From: Epithemia pelagica
Lineage: Eukaryota > Protista > Bacillariophyta
Assembly: GCA_946965045.2 (NCBI GenBank)
Contig: OX337233.1
Coordinates: forward strand, 3,596,001-3,660,000
Direction: 5' to 3'
Length of the DNA stretch: 64,000 nt
Shown here: in pieces, positions 34,973-46,711 of the stretch
Position numbering within the stretch: position 1 is the stretch's first letter
How the letters are laid out: each line of letters starts with the position of its first letter
Position numbers and translations under genes: made by a program
Notes under the pieces: model-generated
The model's database searches: none
Seen by the model: the letters and a program-made list of their open reading frames with translations, nothing else
What the model was told of the DNA's origin: nothing

Positions 34973-37735
34973 ATGTCCACAACCGCCGACGAGGCCGTCC
35001 AACGGGCCAAGGCCATTGCCGCTCGATTGCATTCCCAAGCCTCCTCCACGACGACCACAACAACAACAACGACTGGAACCACCACGACAACGACTGGAAC
35101 CACAACGACAACGACTGGAACAACGACCACTACAACGGGCAAACGTCGGCGATGGGGCGTCGTACCGGACGATGCCTCCAATACGAATACTAATACAACA
35201 ACAACACCAAGTGGTGTGGCTCCCACCAATAATACCACAGTGCCTTCTCCTTCCACCACCACGACCACACTGCCCTACAAACGTTCCAAACCCTCGGACG
35301 ACACCAATAGCAATTCCACAACAACCACAACGCCTCTCTTGACCAAACGCGTGTGGATTTCCACGAGTGCGCAACGACCGGCGGCCCATTATGTCAATTT
35401 CATGAAGGATGACTTGGCCGAAACTCTGCCCCAGCAAGTTCAGTCCGTCTTTGCCGCATCCAATCCTCCCGTGGTGGTGTCCATGCGATTGCAAGGGCGG
35501 GGATCGCCCCAAGATGCCACCACCCAGAACAACACTTCGGCATGTACAAATAGTAGCATCATGATGGGTGGCATTCTCTTGGAACCCCTCCATGTCTTGA
35601 TCGAAGCCTCCTCGCAAGACGTGTTGAGTCGCGCCGAAGCCTTGGTCGATGACTTGGTGCAACGCGCCGAAGAAGCCACGGTGCATCCCGATTTGTTGGT
35701 CGATTCGGGCAATAACAACACCACCAACACTACTACCAGTGAATCATCCCAATCCCGAGCCTTGGTAAGTTCGAGCATTGCCTTGGCGACAATTCAAGAT
35801 CCGCAATCCTCCAAGGGCGTGGCACGAACTACAGCCTATCGACCCGCTTCGGTGGCCCAATTGATTGGGCAAGTCAATGCGGCCGAAAGTACCGGTCAAC
35901 CAACCACGCCGAGTGGCGAGTGGGTCGAAGAGGAATTGCAAGTGCCCGTCGGTGTCGTGGGTCTCATTATTGGCAAGGGCGGCGAACAAATTGCCCAATT
36001 GCAAGCCCGGACCGGAGCCCGTGTCCAAGTCCAACGCGAACCCACAAATACGAGTAGTACGACTCCGGCCGCCACCCATCGGACCGTTTCGATTGCGGCC
36101 GCGACACAAGCGGCCTTGGATCACTGCAAACAATTGATTTTGGCCATTGTCGAGGAAAAATCCAAAACCTTGATGACGGGGACAGCCGGCATGAATCGCA
36201 AGGATGCCCAACGCTTGCAAGACGCGGTCGCCGCTGGTCATGTCCATGTCACATTGGCCGTGCCCAGTGATTCGGTCGGCTTGGTGATTGGCAAGGGGGG
36301 AGCCACCATTCGGTCTCTCCAAGAACAAACGGGAGCGCACATTCAAGTTCCCTCCGCCAGTGAAGCCCAAGATGGACAACGCACCTTGCACATTACCCAT
36401 CCCCAACGAGCTGGCGCCGAACAGGCCCAACGACTTATTCAAGACTTGGTTCAACAACACACGGCGGCCCAAACGCATCACCACAAGGGAGTGTCGGGGG
36501 GTGGAGTCTATGGATCGTCGTCCACCAACCCAGCACCGGCGGTCAATCCCGTCACGGCCACGGATCCGCAAGTGACGGCCACCATGTTGATTCCCGATGC
36601 CGATGTCGGGTTGATTATTGGTCGGCAAGGCGTCGTCATTCGCTATTTGCAAGATTCAACGGGAGCGCAAATTCAAATTCCGCCCGAGTGTCACTATCCC
36701 GGCAGTCACGAACGCTTGGCCACGCTGACGGGCACGGCCACGGCCTGTCGACAAGCCCAAGCCAAACTGGGACAAATCATTGCCGATCAATCGTCGGCCG
36801 GAGTCATGGCGCAAGCGTCCCCCTCTGCGGGAGGGGGCGCTGGAGCCGGACACTATGGCAATTATTATTCCTATCCCGGTACAGCAGCGGCAGGAGCGGC
36901 TGGAAGTAAACCCGACGGGTATTCGGCCGAATGGGCCGCCTATCATGCGGCGCAACAAGCCGCCGCTGCCGCGGCAGCCGCTGCGCCACCCACCACCACA
37001 ACCACGGCACCCTATTATGGAGGAGCATCCTCCACTGCTTCCTATCCATCCTATGGCTACCCACAGCAACAGGCACAACAACCACAACAACAACCCTATG
37101 CACCCCTTCAACAACAACAAGGAGGAGGAGGAGCTCCAACAACCAGCAGTACCACCAATCCTACGAATACAACCGCGACAACGACCGCCGCTCCTTCGGG
37201 CCCCGCTGCTACTGCTGGCACTAGTGCTCCAGCAACCGCAACCACCCCAGGGACCACTACAACAACTCCCACGGTCTCCGCGGGAGCCACCCAACCCGCC
37301 GTGTCGGTAGCAACCGCAACAACGACAACCGCCACAACTACAAATTCTACGACTCCCGCATCCGATGCCTATTACGAACAATTCTTTCGTTATGCCTATT
37401 ATTATGGCGAACCGGCCGCGCGTCAATATTATGGTCCCCATTGGTCTCCCCCCGTGGGAACGGCCAATCCCTATGGCGTGAATCCCAATTTACCAGCAAC
37501 CGCAACAATAACCACACCAGCAGCGACAGGAACCGCACACCCGGCCACCACCACAACAACAACCACCACACCCGCTCCCACGGCTCCCATGACGACAACC
37601 ACAACAACAGCAACAAGTTCCAGTGGCCCAATCACCACAGCCACACCAGCCGCATCTCAACCACCACCACAACAACGAGAAACCAGTGTACGCAAGGTTT
37701 CTAATTTGCCCGCTTGGATGAACAAGGGAACCTAA
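34973..37735 (+). CDS. KH-domain RNA-binding protein, FUBP/KHSRP-like
   Basis: Three GXXG KH motifs (VGLIIGKGGEQI, VGLVIGKGGATI, VGLIIGRQGVVI); Tyr-rich motifs GYSAEWAAY and YYEQFFRYAYYYG; C-terminal SNLPAWM. Confidence 0.9.
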   Translation: MSTTADEAVQRAKAIAARLHSQASSTTTTTTTTTGTTTTTTGTTTTTTGTTTTTTGKRRRWGVVPDDASNTNTNTTTTPSGVAPTNNTTVPSPSTTTTTLPYKRSKPSDDTNSNSTTTTTPLLTKRVWISTSAQRPAAHYVNFMKDDLAETLPQQVQSVFAASNPPVVVSMRLQGRGSPQDATTQNNTSACTNSSIMMGGILLEPLHVLIEASSQDVLSRAEALVDDLVQRAEEATVHPDLLVDSGNNNTTNTTTSESSQSRALVSSSIALATIQDPQSSKGVARTTAYRPASVAQLIGQVNAAESTGQPTTPSGEWVEEELQVPVGVVGLIIGKGGEQIAQLQARTGARVQVQREPTNTSSTTPAATHRTVSIAAATQAALDHCKQLILAIVEEKSKTLMTGTAGMNRKDAQRLQDAVAAGHVHVTLAVPSDSVGLVIGKGGATIRSLQEQTGAHIQVPSASEAQDGQRTLHITHPQRAGAEQAQRLIQDLVQQHTAAQTHHHKGVSGGGVYGSSSTNPAPAVNPVTATDPQVTATMLIPDADVGLIIGRQGVVIRYLQDSTGAQIQIPPECHYPGSHERLATLTGTATACRQAQAKLGQIIADQSSAGVMAQASPSAGGGAGAGHYGNYYSYPGTAAAGAAGSKPDGYSAEWAAYHAAQQAAAAAAAAAPPTTTTTAPYYGGASSTASYPSYGYPQQQAQQPQQQPYAPLQQQQGGGGAPTTSSTTNPTNTTATTTAAPSGPAATAGTSAPATATTPGTTTTTPTVSAGATQPAVSVATATTTTATTTNSTTPASDAYYEQFFRYAYYYGEPAARQYYGPHWSPPVGTANPYGVNPNLPATATITTPAATGTAHPATTTTTTTTPAPTAPMTTTTTTATSSSGPITTATPAASQPPPQQRETSVRKVSNLPAWMNKGT

Positions 37736-38413
37736 CGTCGTTCGCCCATCCTTCTTGGTCAAACTGCACCACCACCAAAGCGGTTGGGCTCGAGTCGTTC
37801 TAGGATTCTTGAAACAGCCAAACCCTCCCCCCTCTTTTTATATCGTGTACAGTGTTGTTGCTGGAGGGACGAGGAGGAACTCTCGATTCATGTTCCACCA
37901 CAAAGCAAACCGCCATTCGGATGTTGGTCCACCAACGCACAGTGTTTTTCGTAGCATCGACCATCCTCACTCTCAAGCTCTAGTATAGAGTAGACAATTC
38001 CCCTCTAGAACAAGAACTTTACGCGTTCCATAGGCTGATTGAAGGCTTGTGGATGGCCAAAAGGTAAGCTAGGTGTGCTAGGTGACCACAGTGTGGCGTC
38101 CAAGTGTGCGAAAAAAAACACCGGATTCTGAGAGATTCGATGGTTTTGTACGAAGAATTTTTTCATTTGAGCATTTTTCAGAGAGAAAAAATCTCCCTAC
38201 AAACCGCACTCGACGCGGAACAACAAACAACAAACACACCTTTGTAGCAACACAAGAGGATTTCAAGGGAAAAGGCTCACAATCAAAGTTAGAGTTATCC
38301 GAAGCATCGCTCTTGTTGTCTTCAGTCTGCGACGCACAGCAGTAATCTTGTGGCAAAGAGCTGATTCCATCGGCTGCATCCAGTTGCCTCACAACAAGCC
38401 GTGTAGTCCGCCC

Positions 38414-38423
38414 TTATATAAAT
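38414..38423 (+). promoter_or_regulatory. TATA-like element upstream of the Kelch gene
   Basis: TTATATAAAT ~45-55 bp before the ATG at 38468; absent from the inverted paralog. Confidence 0.3.
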
Positions 38424-38467
38424 CCTCACAACCAGTTTTCAAAACTTGCAACGATAACAGAACAACC

Positions 38468-39622
38468 ATGCACAACGTCCGTCAACAAGCGCTGTTATCT
38501 GGACTGGTCTTTACGGACAGTGCCGGTTCCCAAGACGAAGAAGAACCGCAGTGGCACGAAACGAAATGGCCTCCGTTTCCTCCAGGTCGGTGTTTGAACT
38601 ACGCATCGTTGGTGGTGAATCATCCATCAGCCCCATCAGAACAGACAGTGGTGATATTTGGAGTATTGTGGAAAAGTACCACTTCAACAGGTCTCACTCC
38701 AACAAGCTCAATTGTGTTTTGGAACATGGACAAGGGGGAGAAAGCATGGCGAGAAGGGCCGACCACGAACCAACCACGATTCTTTGCCGCAGCCGTGGTA
38801 TGCAATGGCGCACTGTATGCCATTGGCGGAAGAACGAGCCTTTTCTCATTTGACGACAGCCGTTTGGATACGATTGAAAGGATTCCTGTAAAAGATTTTC
38901 TCTCTCTTTCATCAACCAAGAATGAGAAACAACAATGGACGACGTTGGAGTGTCGTTTGACAAGCCCAAGATATGGGTGCGCCGCTGCGGTGGTTCGTGA
39001 CCGATTTATTGTTATCGCTGGTGGAAATGTTAAACTTCCTGTGACAACCGTGGATATTCTGGACACGTCATCGGAAAGAGTCCTTTCTGGGCCACCGTTG
39101 AATGTTGCTCACTATAACTTTCGAATGGCTGTTGTGGGACAAACTGTTTATGTGGTAGGTGGAAGGGGGAGATTTCAAGCGTCCCTAAGTTCTGTCGAAT
39201 ACCTCCAATTTGATGACTGGCTGACCGAAGGGCCCCATAATGATGAATCGTCGTCCCCTTGTACCATGTCCTGGCAAGTCCACAAGGATCTTGTTCTTGG
39301 TTATCCTCGCTGCAACCATGCTCTTGTTGCACTTGGATCCTGCTTGGTTGTGGTTGGAGGGGACGAGGAAGAAGAATCGGATGAAGTGCGTATGGTGGAG
39401 ATCCTGGACACTCAACGCAACCTGGTCTGGAACTTACCCGAAAGGACACGCTCGTGCAATGCGGTCGCCCTATCAACTGGGATTGCAATGATTGCAGATA
39501 CAAGCGTTCCATCAGCATGCGATGGAACACTGCCCCTGGTGGACAAGAACTCGGCATGTTTTGCTCGCTTGATGGCTCTCGGTGGTAGTACGACTTTATT
39601 CAAAGCCCAATGTCATTGTTAG
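38468..39622 (+). CDS. Kelch-repeat protein (384 aa)
   Basis: MHNVRQQALLSGLV ... LPLVDKNSACFARLM; clear paralog of 22636-23823. Confidence 0.9.
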   Translation: MHNVRQQALLSGLVFTDSAGSQDEEEPQWHETKWPPFPPGRCLNYASLVVNHPSAPSEQTVVIFGVLWKSTTSTGLTPTSSIVFWNMDKGEKAWREGPTTNQPRFFAAAVVCNGALYAIGGRTSLFSFDDSRLDTIERIPVKDFLSLSSTKNEKQQWTTLECRLTSPRYGCAAAVVRDRFIVIAGGNVKLPVTTVDILDTSSERVLSGPPLNVAHYNFRMAVVGQTVYVVGGRGRFQASLSSVEYLQFDDWLTEGPHNDESSSPCTMSWQVHKDLVLGYPRCNHALVALGSCLVVVGGDEEEESDEVRMVEILDTQRNLVWNLPERTRSCNAVALSTGIAMIADTSVPSACDGTLPLVDKNSACFARLMALGGSTTLFKAQCHC

Positions 39623-40771
39623 ATAGGGAAGAAGCAATGTGCTTGGTGGTCAACCGTCATAGAGTGACTGTGTCGAGACACAGTCGATTGTGCAGTTCTC
39701 ATGTGTTGATGAACCATTAACGACAATTGCTTCACCGATCTCAAAGCCAGGATGCCAACCAAAGGGAATACTTTCATCCCTACACTCGGCCTGTTTTTGC
39801 ACGTCTCATTGTCTGGGAGGAAGGCAGGCTCCGATACAGATTCTGTTTTGTTCTTGGGAACAATCCGGAGAAATCATGCGCATGGCGAAACGAAGAACTG
39901 GAACCAAAGACAAGCAGGCGTACTACCCAAGAGCAGCCGCCGGATCTGCAGCAATGGCTCTGTGTATGCCACTGGCGGAACTACTAGAGGATGCCATGGA
40001 GAAGGGATCTCCCTGTATGTATGTGTTGGCGATTTGCGCGGTCCTTCCGGAATGACCTGTGAAGCATGTTCGTCCGAAACGAATACCGAGCCATATGTCC
40101 CACTGGAGTATTTTGCTCCATTGCTAGGTAGATTATAAGGTGAACCGATGGTGACATTGCAACTCATCCCAGTGGCAGGTTGGTATACTCGTGTGGCATC
40201 TCTCTCTAGACCATTCCTAGCTAGAGTCATGGATCGTAACCAATGGTATCCTGAAGTGTGTTGCTCGATGCTCGGTTTCGTTCTCTGGGCCTCGTTTCGT
40301 TCGGCAACGAGCAACGAGTTTGTGTGTTTGGAGGTTTCGGACGAGAGAAGGGACCACCGTTTGCCCCGTTGTTTCTGTTTCTTCTTCTTCTTTTAGCACT
40401 ATTCGAGAAGAGGTAATACTCTATAGGTAGTGTTCTTTGGATGGATACGGATGCATGTGCGCGCTAGTAGTGAAACCTCTCCCCTGTCCACAGCATTTCG
40501 TTCCTTCTCTGTGTGGCCTATGGAGGGCATCCTCTTCTTCGTTGGTTCTCCCGAATCTTTGTGGAGAGGAGAATGCGCAAGAGTAAAGTGTTGCTCTTTT
40601 CCATAGAACAACACCTCAGGCTGTAGTATTAGATCTGTGGTATCGGTTGACCCAGCCACAACCACAAAGTGTCCCATTCATTTACTAATAGGGGTACCTA
40701 TAGAGTATATTTCTTGCTCCCTTTGAGGTTAGAGACAGATAGACGACATAGCTTTTCAGACCTTCTGACAC

Positions 40772-40984
40772 TGTTGAAACCTGTAACGAACCGTGCTGTA
40801 AAGGCAACAATTCCTATAACAAATTACGTATTCTCCTTAGAATGAGCTCTGTTGTTTGTTTCGTTGCTCTTCCGTCCACGTCGTTTTACCTCAACCCATT
40901 CGTCATCACTTGCAGATGGATCTTCGCCTTGCTCAGTCGCTGTTTTCGTTTGTTCTGCGACTCCTCGCGGGACATCCTTCAACA
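40772..40984 (-). repeat. 3' LTR of family B
   Basis: Direct repeat of 46712-46924 (offset 5940). Confidence 0.97.
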
Positions 40985-43900
40985 CACTCCTTCGTGACGA
41001 ATGGTATTCACTATGAGGAGCGATATTCATAATGAGGTCCCGCAGTTGATAGAACAAACGACCCTGCAGCGGCTTGGTAAAAAAATCTGCAATCATTCGT
41101 TCAGTTGGGCAAAATTCAATTCGCAACTCTTTCTTGTTGATTCGATCGGTAACAAAGAAATAGCGGACATCAATATGTTTGGTTCTTTTCGAGCTTGAGA
41201 GTCGCCCATTTTTGGCTAGGAGGATGCTGCTTTGGTTGTCCTGGTGGAGTACAACATCCTTCACAGCAATCCCCTGCGCTTCCATGAAATTGCGGGTCTA
41301 TAACAGTGATGGCATCACATCATGGATCCCTATCAGTTCACATTCGGTGGAGCTTCGTGCCACCAGTTTTTGTTTTGCCGAAAAGCCGATGACGGCTCCT
41401 TTACCGAGAGTCATGAACCCACCGGTATGACCCTTTGTGTTGGGATGGACTGCGTATGACGCGTCCACCCACCATTTCACTATCCACTCGGGTTTTCCTT
41501 CAAGACGCAATACAAGGTTCATTGTGGTTTGTAGATATTTCAGAACGCGGCCCAATTTCCTGTGATCATCTTTGTCTGGTTTAGAGACTCGCGTCGAAAG
41601 GAAGGATATGGCTGTTCGGATGTCTGGCCTCCCACGGTGAGCCAAGTAAGCTAATTGCATAGTGATACTATGAAACCAATTGGCATCCTCCTTGCTCAAT
41701 TTTGTTGCATGCTCATTGACATGGTACAGATGATTCGCTGCTGGTGTTTGTGCTCTGCCTTTGAATGACGACGGCACGCCGTCAAGGATGGTCTTGATAT
41801 ACGGTCGCATATCTACTTGCAATACTCCATCCTCTGAATAGTCAAGGAACATGCCCAGGTAGTCGTGTCGCTTGCCTCGCGACACTGATATATCACCCAA
41901 ACTACCAAACTCTGCCTGTAGGTCCGCCACAAATGCTTCCACGACTTTCTGATCAACTTGTGAGATCTTGAGGTCGTCGATGTGCCAGGTTACTGTGCAT
42001 TGTTTGCCATTGATCACCTTGTTGGCAACGCATGAATCATGTGGGTTGATAGTGTAGCCCCAACTTTTTAGAACTCCGCTCAATTTGATCCAAAACAATC
42101 GGGCAGCTCGTGGTGTCCCGTAGAGTGCCTTGAGCATCTCTACGTAGATCACTGGTTTGTTGTGTTCATACACGAGGTATTTTGTGTACATATCTGGGTC
42201 GACTTCCAACAGCAATTCTGCCATCAGTCCCTCAATCCTAATGTGCACGTTAGGGTCCATATCCGAGTGCATGAATGCACCCGGAATGTCCGCTACTATC
42301 ACATGTCTCCGTTCCACTGCATCCACCACCGCTGTAATGAAAACAGCCTCGGTGGCTACGGTTGGCGATGCTGCGTCTTCTTTGTCGATGAAATCACGCT
42401 GCTTTCGCCCATCGGCGCACCCGCGCCCCTTGATTTTCCCACAACGTTTCCGTTTGAGAAACATGAAATAATTCAGTGCTTTTTTGATTTGTTCCCATGA
42501 GAGGTCCGTCTTGTGTACCCCTCGCAGAACACCGCGCTCGTGAAGCTGCCATATCTCTTTTTTAACTGCTTCCCGCCCCTTGTCACCAAATAGTTTGATG
42601 CCCATACGCATTGACATTTGGGGCGTGGCCAAGTTTGTTTCGGCCTCGATGAGATATAGCACTCCACGCAGCAAATATCCATCGTACCGTCCTGCTGGTA
42701 GTGCATCGACTGATGCAAAGGTGTGCCCATACCTATGGGCATAGCTTCGCTCTCTATTTGGCCGTAGATCGTATCGATTTTCGTTGGTTGTTGTTGTTGA
42801 TGAGCTTGATTCATCGCTAGAATCAGGACCAAACACGATCTCCATTTCCTCATCGTCGTTCTCGTGTGTGGTTGCATTTGGTGCGTCATGCACGTCCTCC
42901 TCTATTCCCATATCCACCTCATCCAACATACCCCCGTCCTCTGCGACATGCTCTTCAACATAATCAGCATCGTCCTCGTCATCCTCCTCCACATCAACTC
43001 CATCGACGCCAAATTCGTTTATACCCACTCCTTGGTTTTCCACTCCTTGGTTTTCCACTCCTTGATTTCTCGGTGGGACAAGGATATCCATGAGTTGGTT
43101 TTCGTTTTGATTCAGTCCTAATTCGTGAAAAGGACCCGGTGGATTGTTCGCATCGTTTTCATAGTGATCTGTGTCGTCCAATGGACCGTGGTTTGGGTCA
43201 TCATCGGCATCCAATTCGCCATCCACATATGCGTCGTCATAGCGGAGGACATCATCGTCCTCGTCAGGAGGCTCATCATACACGCTTCCTTTGTCGTCGT
43301 ATAATGGATTGTCCTCTTCCATTGCCAGAATGAGATTGTCCCAATTACCAAATGCCAGTCCTGGTTGCATTTGTTGTGCAGCCGCTAACTGAGCGACACG
43401 CTGAATGACTTCCTTTGGCATAGGGAGGCGTGTTGCGTGGTTTCGTGTGATGATTCTTCCGCTTTCCAGACTCATAAAGTAGTAGCTACCTTGACGGTTG
43501 CCGGTTGGCCGCAAGGCCAGGGCACCAATTGTCCGTGCTTCCATATTGTTGGAGTGCTGTTCATGACATTGAACGTACTCCCCAAACTCGAAGCGACAAT
43601 GGCGGTGATAGTCCACGGTTTCTCCGGTGACAAGTTCTCTTGGACTTCTTGTCGTCGACAGCTGGTTGTTCTGGTTGGGAAGTCCATTCAGCCAGAACGT
43701 CGCAAATTTCGCCAGTTCAATCAACATGACCTTTGGCAGGGCCTCGAATGGTAGAGTGGTATATACACTCCGGATTTGTTCCTTGATGGTGCGAATGTGG
43801 CGCTCTATGTCACCGACATGCTCGTCTCGAGCTGTTGTATTTAGTTTTATTCCGAGCTTCCCTGTTCCCGCTTCCATGCCGTCACTCGCAAAGGCGCCGT

Positions 43901-45989
43901 CAGCTAGGAGAAACCGAGGGCGCAGACCTCCTCGTCGAAATACAGCGATGGTCTTCTTGATGGACCGAAGTAGGGTTCCTTCTTCTTTGTCTGGGATTGC
44001 GTCCATGGTGGAGAATCGAAATATGCGAGATGTCGTGGCGAGAAAGGACACATCATTGATATGCATTACGTCCATGGCAATGGTGACGTCTTTATGTTTT
44101 TCTTGGATGGGTGGTGGTATTGTGTCTGTTGTGTCCACCTTGGGTGGTCGTCTCCTGGTGGTCTTCCCTTTCAGGGAACCGAGGTCTTGTCCATAGATAT
44201 GCTCTGCCCGCCTCACATCATCACTTGTATAGGGGGCGTTGGGTAAGAGCTTAGTATGATTCAGAATATAGATAAGGTCTCTAGTTGACGGTCGGCCAAT
44301 TTTGGCTTGTAGTGCCCGTACCTCTCTAGCTCTACGGATCTCAGATTCAGTATAAAGCGCTTCGTTGTTATTAACCGTGGTTAAGAAGCTACCATGTATC
44401 AAAGAGAGATTCATATAGAAGAGGCCTTCAGGACTTTGCACAAACTTGTGCTTCAAGCGCCCCGTGGCTGGGTCAAGTAGTTGAAATTGATTGCCCTCAT
44501 GGCTGTCGCATGTAATGCGGTATCTGTTTTGAGCGGTGTGGAAAGATAAAATGTTGGCAGGCCCTTTGGGGTCATACCATACCAAGCCATATCCTGGCAA
44601 TATCGCTTGTTGGTTCAGGATTCGTTCTCCGGCATGGCTGCTGATGGTGATTGGTGTCGTTGCTTGATGGATGTTGTGGAGAATGCTTGCATTGTGGATG
44701 ATGTCCACTGTGGATTGATTGTCGAGCAGGATCCAGTCAGGGGATATGTTAGACTGTAAGGCAGAAAAAGAACAGTGTTGAGAAGATGCGTTTTGGTTCA
44801 ACATGGATTGGTGGTAGACTGTACCGTTTGAGTTGTCTCTGTTTCTGTTGTTGGAGTCGGTTCCCTGAGCTGATTGTTGCCCATTTTGCGATTGGCTCTG
44901 ACCCGTAGTGGTCATTGTGGATCCTGTTAACGTGGAGGCATCATCGCCTTGCGTACTGGCATTCTCGCGTGTGTGATAGGCCACACCTGTGGCGTTGTTA
45001 TCGTTGCTTTGTGTCTGGTGGCGACTATGCGTCTGCATTCTGTTATCTATGATGGCACGCGCATCGGCCAGTGTCTTTGGGTAACAGTTGCGTTTGTCCA
45101 TGTCCAAGTAAGCGTTTTGTAGATGCGATTCATATTCGCGAGCGCCACATGTTCTGATGAAACGGATGGCCAGACACCTCTGTTGAGCTTCTTCTTCGTC
45201 AGCCGTTGTTGGTGACCCAGCACGACTATTGTCAGCCGCTACTTGCTCCAGTAGATCCTTGTCCTATAACACCACGTTCAGTTCCTCCAGGACTTGCGCT
45301 TTTGCGCGAAACAACTCGTAGTAGTTGTGCAAACTTTGGTTTTTACCCCTGCGCATCGTGTAGAACTCTTCCTTGAGCTTATCACGACCGACGAGAGGAT
45401 AAATGCGCCCGGAATCATATGTAAAGGTAGTCTGTTTGATCAATTTCAACAAAGCTATACCGTCGCACTTCTTCCAAATGTTATCATATTGCGTCTTCGC
45501 CTGTAGTTTGTCTTTCATCAACTGGGTACACTGCCCCAGGATGAGACTAAACATGGCGGCGCGGAAATTCTGATACTCCATCAACTGCTCAGCTCGCATT
45601 TTATACTTCATCTTCCACTCTTCTACGGCAATGGTGTCTTTGTCATCTTTCGGTAGTTCTACCTGGTCAGGTTCATCCAGTGACAATTCCTCCACTGACT
45701 GCTGGAACTCCAGATTATATCGGTTGAATGTTGAGCCAATGTAACCGACCAGATACTCTACATTGCGCAGGTACCGCTTGGACTGCGGATCTTCGGAGTA
45801 GTCGAAGATACAGTCTTTTAATGTGGGTTCTTGTCCTTGAAACTTGTTCAAGTTTCCTTGTTGTCCTCTGCCTCCACGTCCTCGACCACGACCACCACGT
45901 CCTTGTCCGCTTCTTCCTCCGCGTCCGGTCATGCCGCCGCTTGACGACTCAGCTTGATCGGGCCGTGGTCCTTGCGGTGGTGTACTCAT
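40824..45989 (-). pseudogene. Family B gag-pol interrupted by two in-frame TAG codons (45264-45266, 41298-41300)
   Basis: Track ORFs 45264-45989, 41298-45107 and 40824-41285 are all in one frame. Protease WILLDNQST; integrase EHVGDIER; RT KGRGCADG, ADIPGAF, WHIDDL; RNase H VDASY, SSTECEL, HQDN, IADFFTKPL. Confidence 0.92.
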
Positions 45990-46653
45990 GATGTTCTTGA
46001 CGCGGTGCTAGGTTTTGTCGTTGTCTACGGTGTTCCTCTTGGTCGTGGGTGAAAGGATTGTATACCTGGATGGTGTATACAGTTCTTCGACCGTTCGCCT
46101 TTCCTCGCGACAACACTACTCCTTTCAGATGAGACCGTTTTTGCACCCGAGCCAACTTGAGGGGATTCAGAACCCAGACGGCACTACCGATAGCCAGAAC
46201 CGGTGGAATGGATGATACGTTGGCTGGCAAAACGGGGATATTGTAAATAATCTCCACTCGTCCGTTCTCGTCTCGTACCACTTCTTCGGCGTCGAGAAAA
46301 CCAGATGCGTCCCGCGACGATTCCTCGTCTCCACTGGTATTGTCCGGCACGACGGCGGCTGCCACTGCAGTTCGATGCTCCTCGGTTTGTACGTCCACAA
46401 TTAACGCGCGACGTCTTGTCTGAAAATCGGATACGATCCGTTCTCGTGATGCTGTCAGCACCGTGTTATCGTGTTCGACCTCCGCCTGATGTTGTTGTTC
46501 CAACTCGGTTCGGTGTTCACGAAAGGTCGCCTCGCGCAACCGCACGTTGTGCTGGTGCCGACGATGCACCTCTGCAAGGCGTTCTTGTTCTTCAATGGAA
46601 AGGGCGGTGAGTTGGTTCAACAACGTAGTCAAACGACTGGGATTCTCCGACAT
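45949..46653 (-). CDS. Extra ORF upstream of gag (ORF0), 234 aa
   Basis: ATG 58 nt after the 5' LTR; coiled-coil-like N-half, basic beta-rich C-terminus; overlaps the gag start by 41 nt. Confidence 0.65.
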   Translation of the reverse strand: MSENPSRLTTLLNQLTALSIEEQERLAEVHRRHQHNVRLREATFREHRTELEQQHQAEVEHDNTVLTASRERIVSDFQTRRRALIVDVQTEEHRTAVAAAVVPDNTSGDEESSRDASGFLDAEEVVRDENGRVEIIYNIPVLPANVSSIPPVLAIGSAVWVLNPLKLARVQKRSHLKGVVLSRGKANGRRTVYTIQVYNPFTHDQEEHRRQRQNLAPRQEHHEYTTARTTARSS

Positions 46654-46697
46654 GCAGTGTACTTCACCTCAAAATGAGAATCAAGAGGTAGTTCTAT

Positions 46698-46711
46698 TTC
46701 TAAGGAGAATA
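46698..46711 (-). promoter_or_regulatory. PBS complementary to its own LTR (putative self-priming site)
   Basis: On the element strand TATTCTCCTTAGAA directly follows the 5' LTR and is the perfect complement of LTR positions 46769-46782. Confidence 0.8.

Larger units (their letters stand above)
38255..40257 (+). repeat. Right arm of the inverted segmental duplication
   Basis: Reverse complement of ~21897-24050, coding and non-coding. Confidence 0.85.

Noticed and set aside
29599-37762. Numerous long antisense and alternative-frame ORFs rich in V/C/W
   Set aside because: Shadows of ACA/ACC/GAC trinucleotide-rich coding strands of the disordered and KH proteins.
39690-40314. ORFs in the duplicated arm downstream of Kelch
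   Set aside because: Indels in the paralogous arm (e.g. a short duplication near 22240-22270) break the frames, so coding function is unsupported.
45264-45266. Programmed gag-pol stop-codon readthrough
   Set aside because: The stop falls mid-gag, lacks a CAR-YYA or pseudoknot context that I can see, and a second TAG replaces a conserved Trp in RNase H; mutation is more parsimonious.
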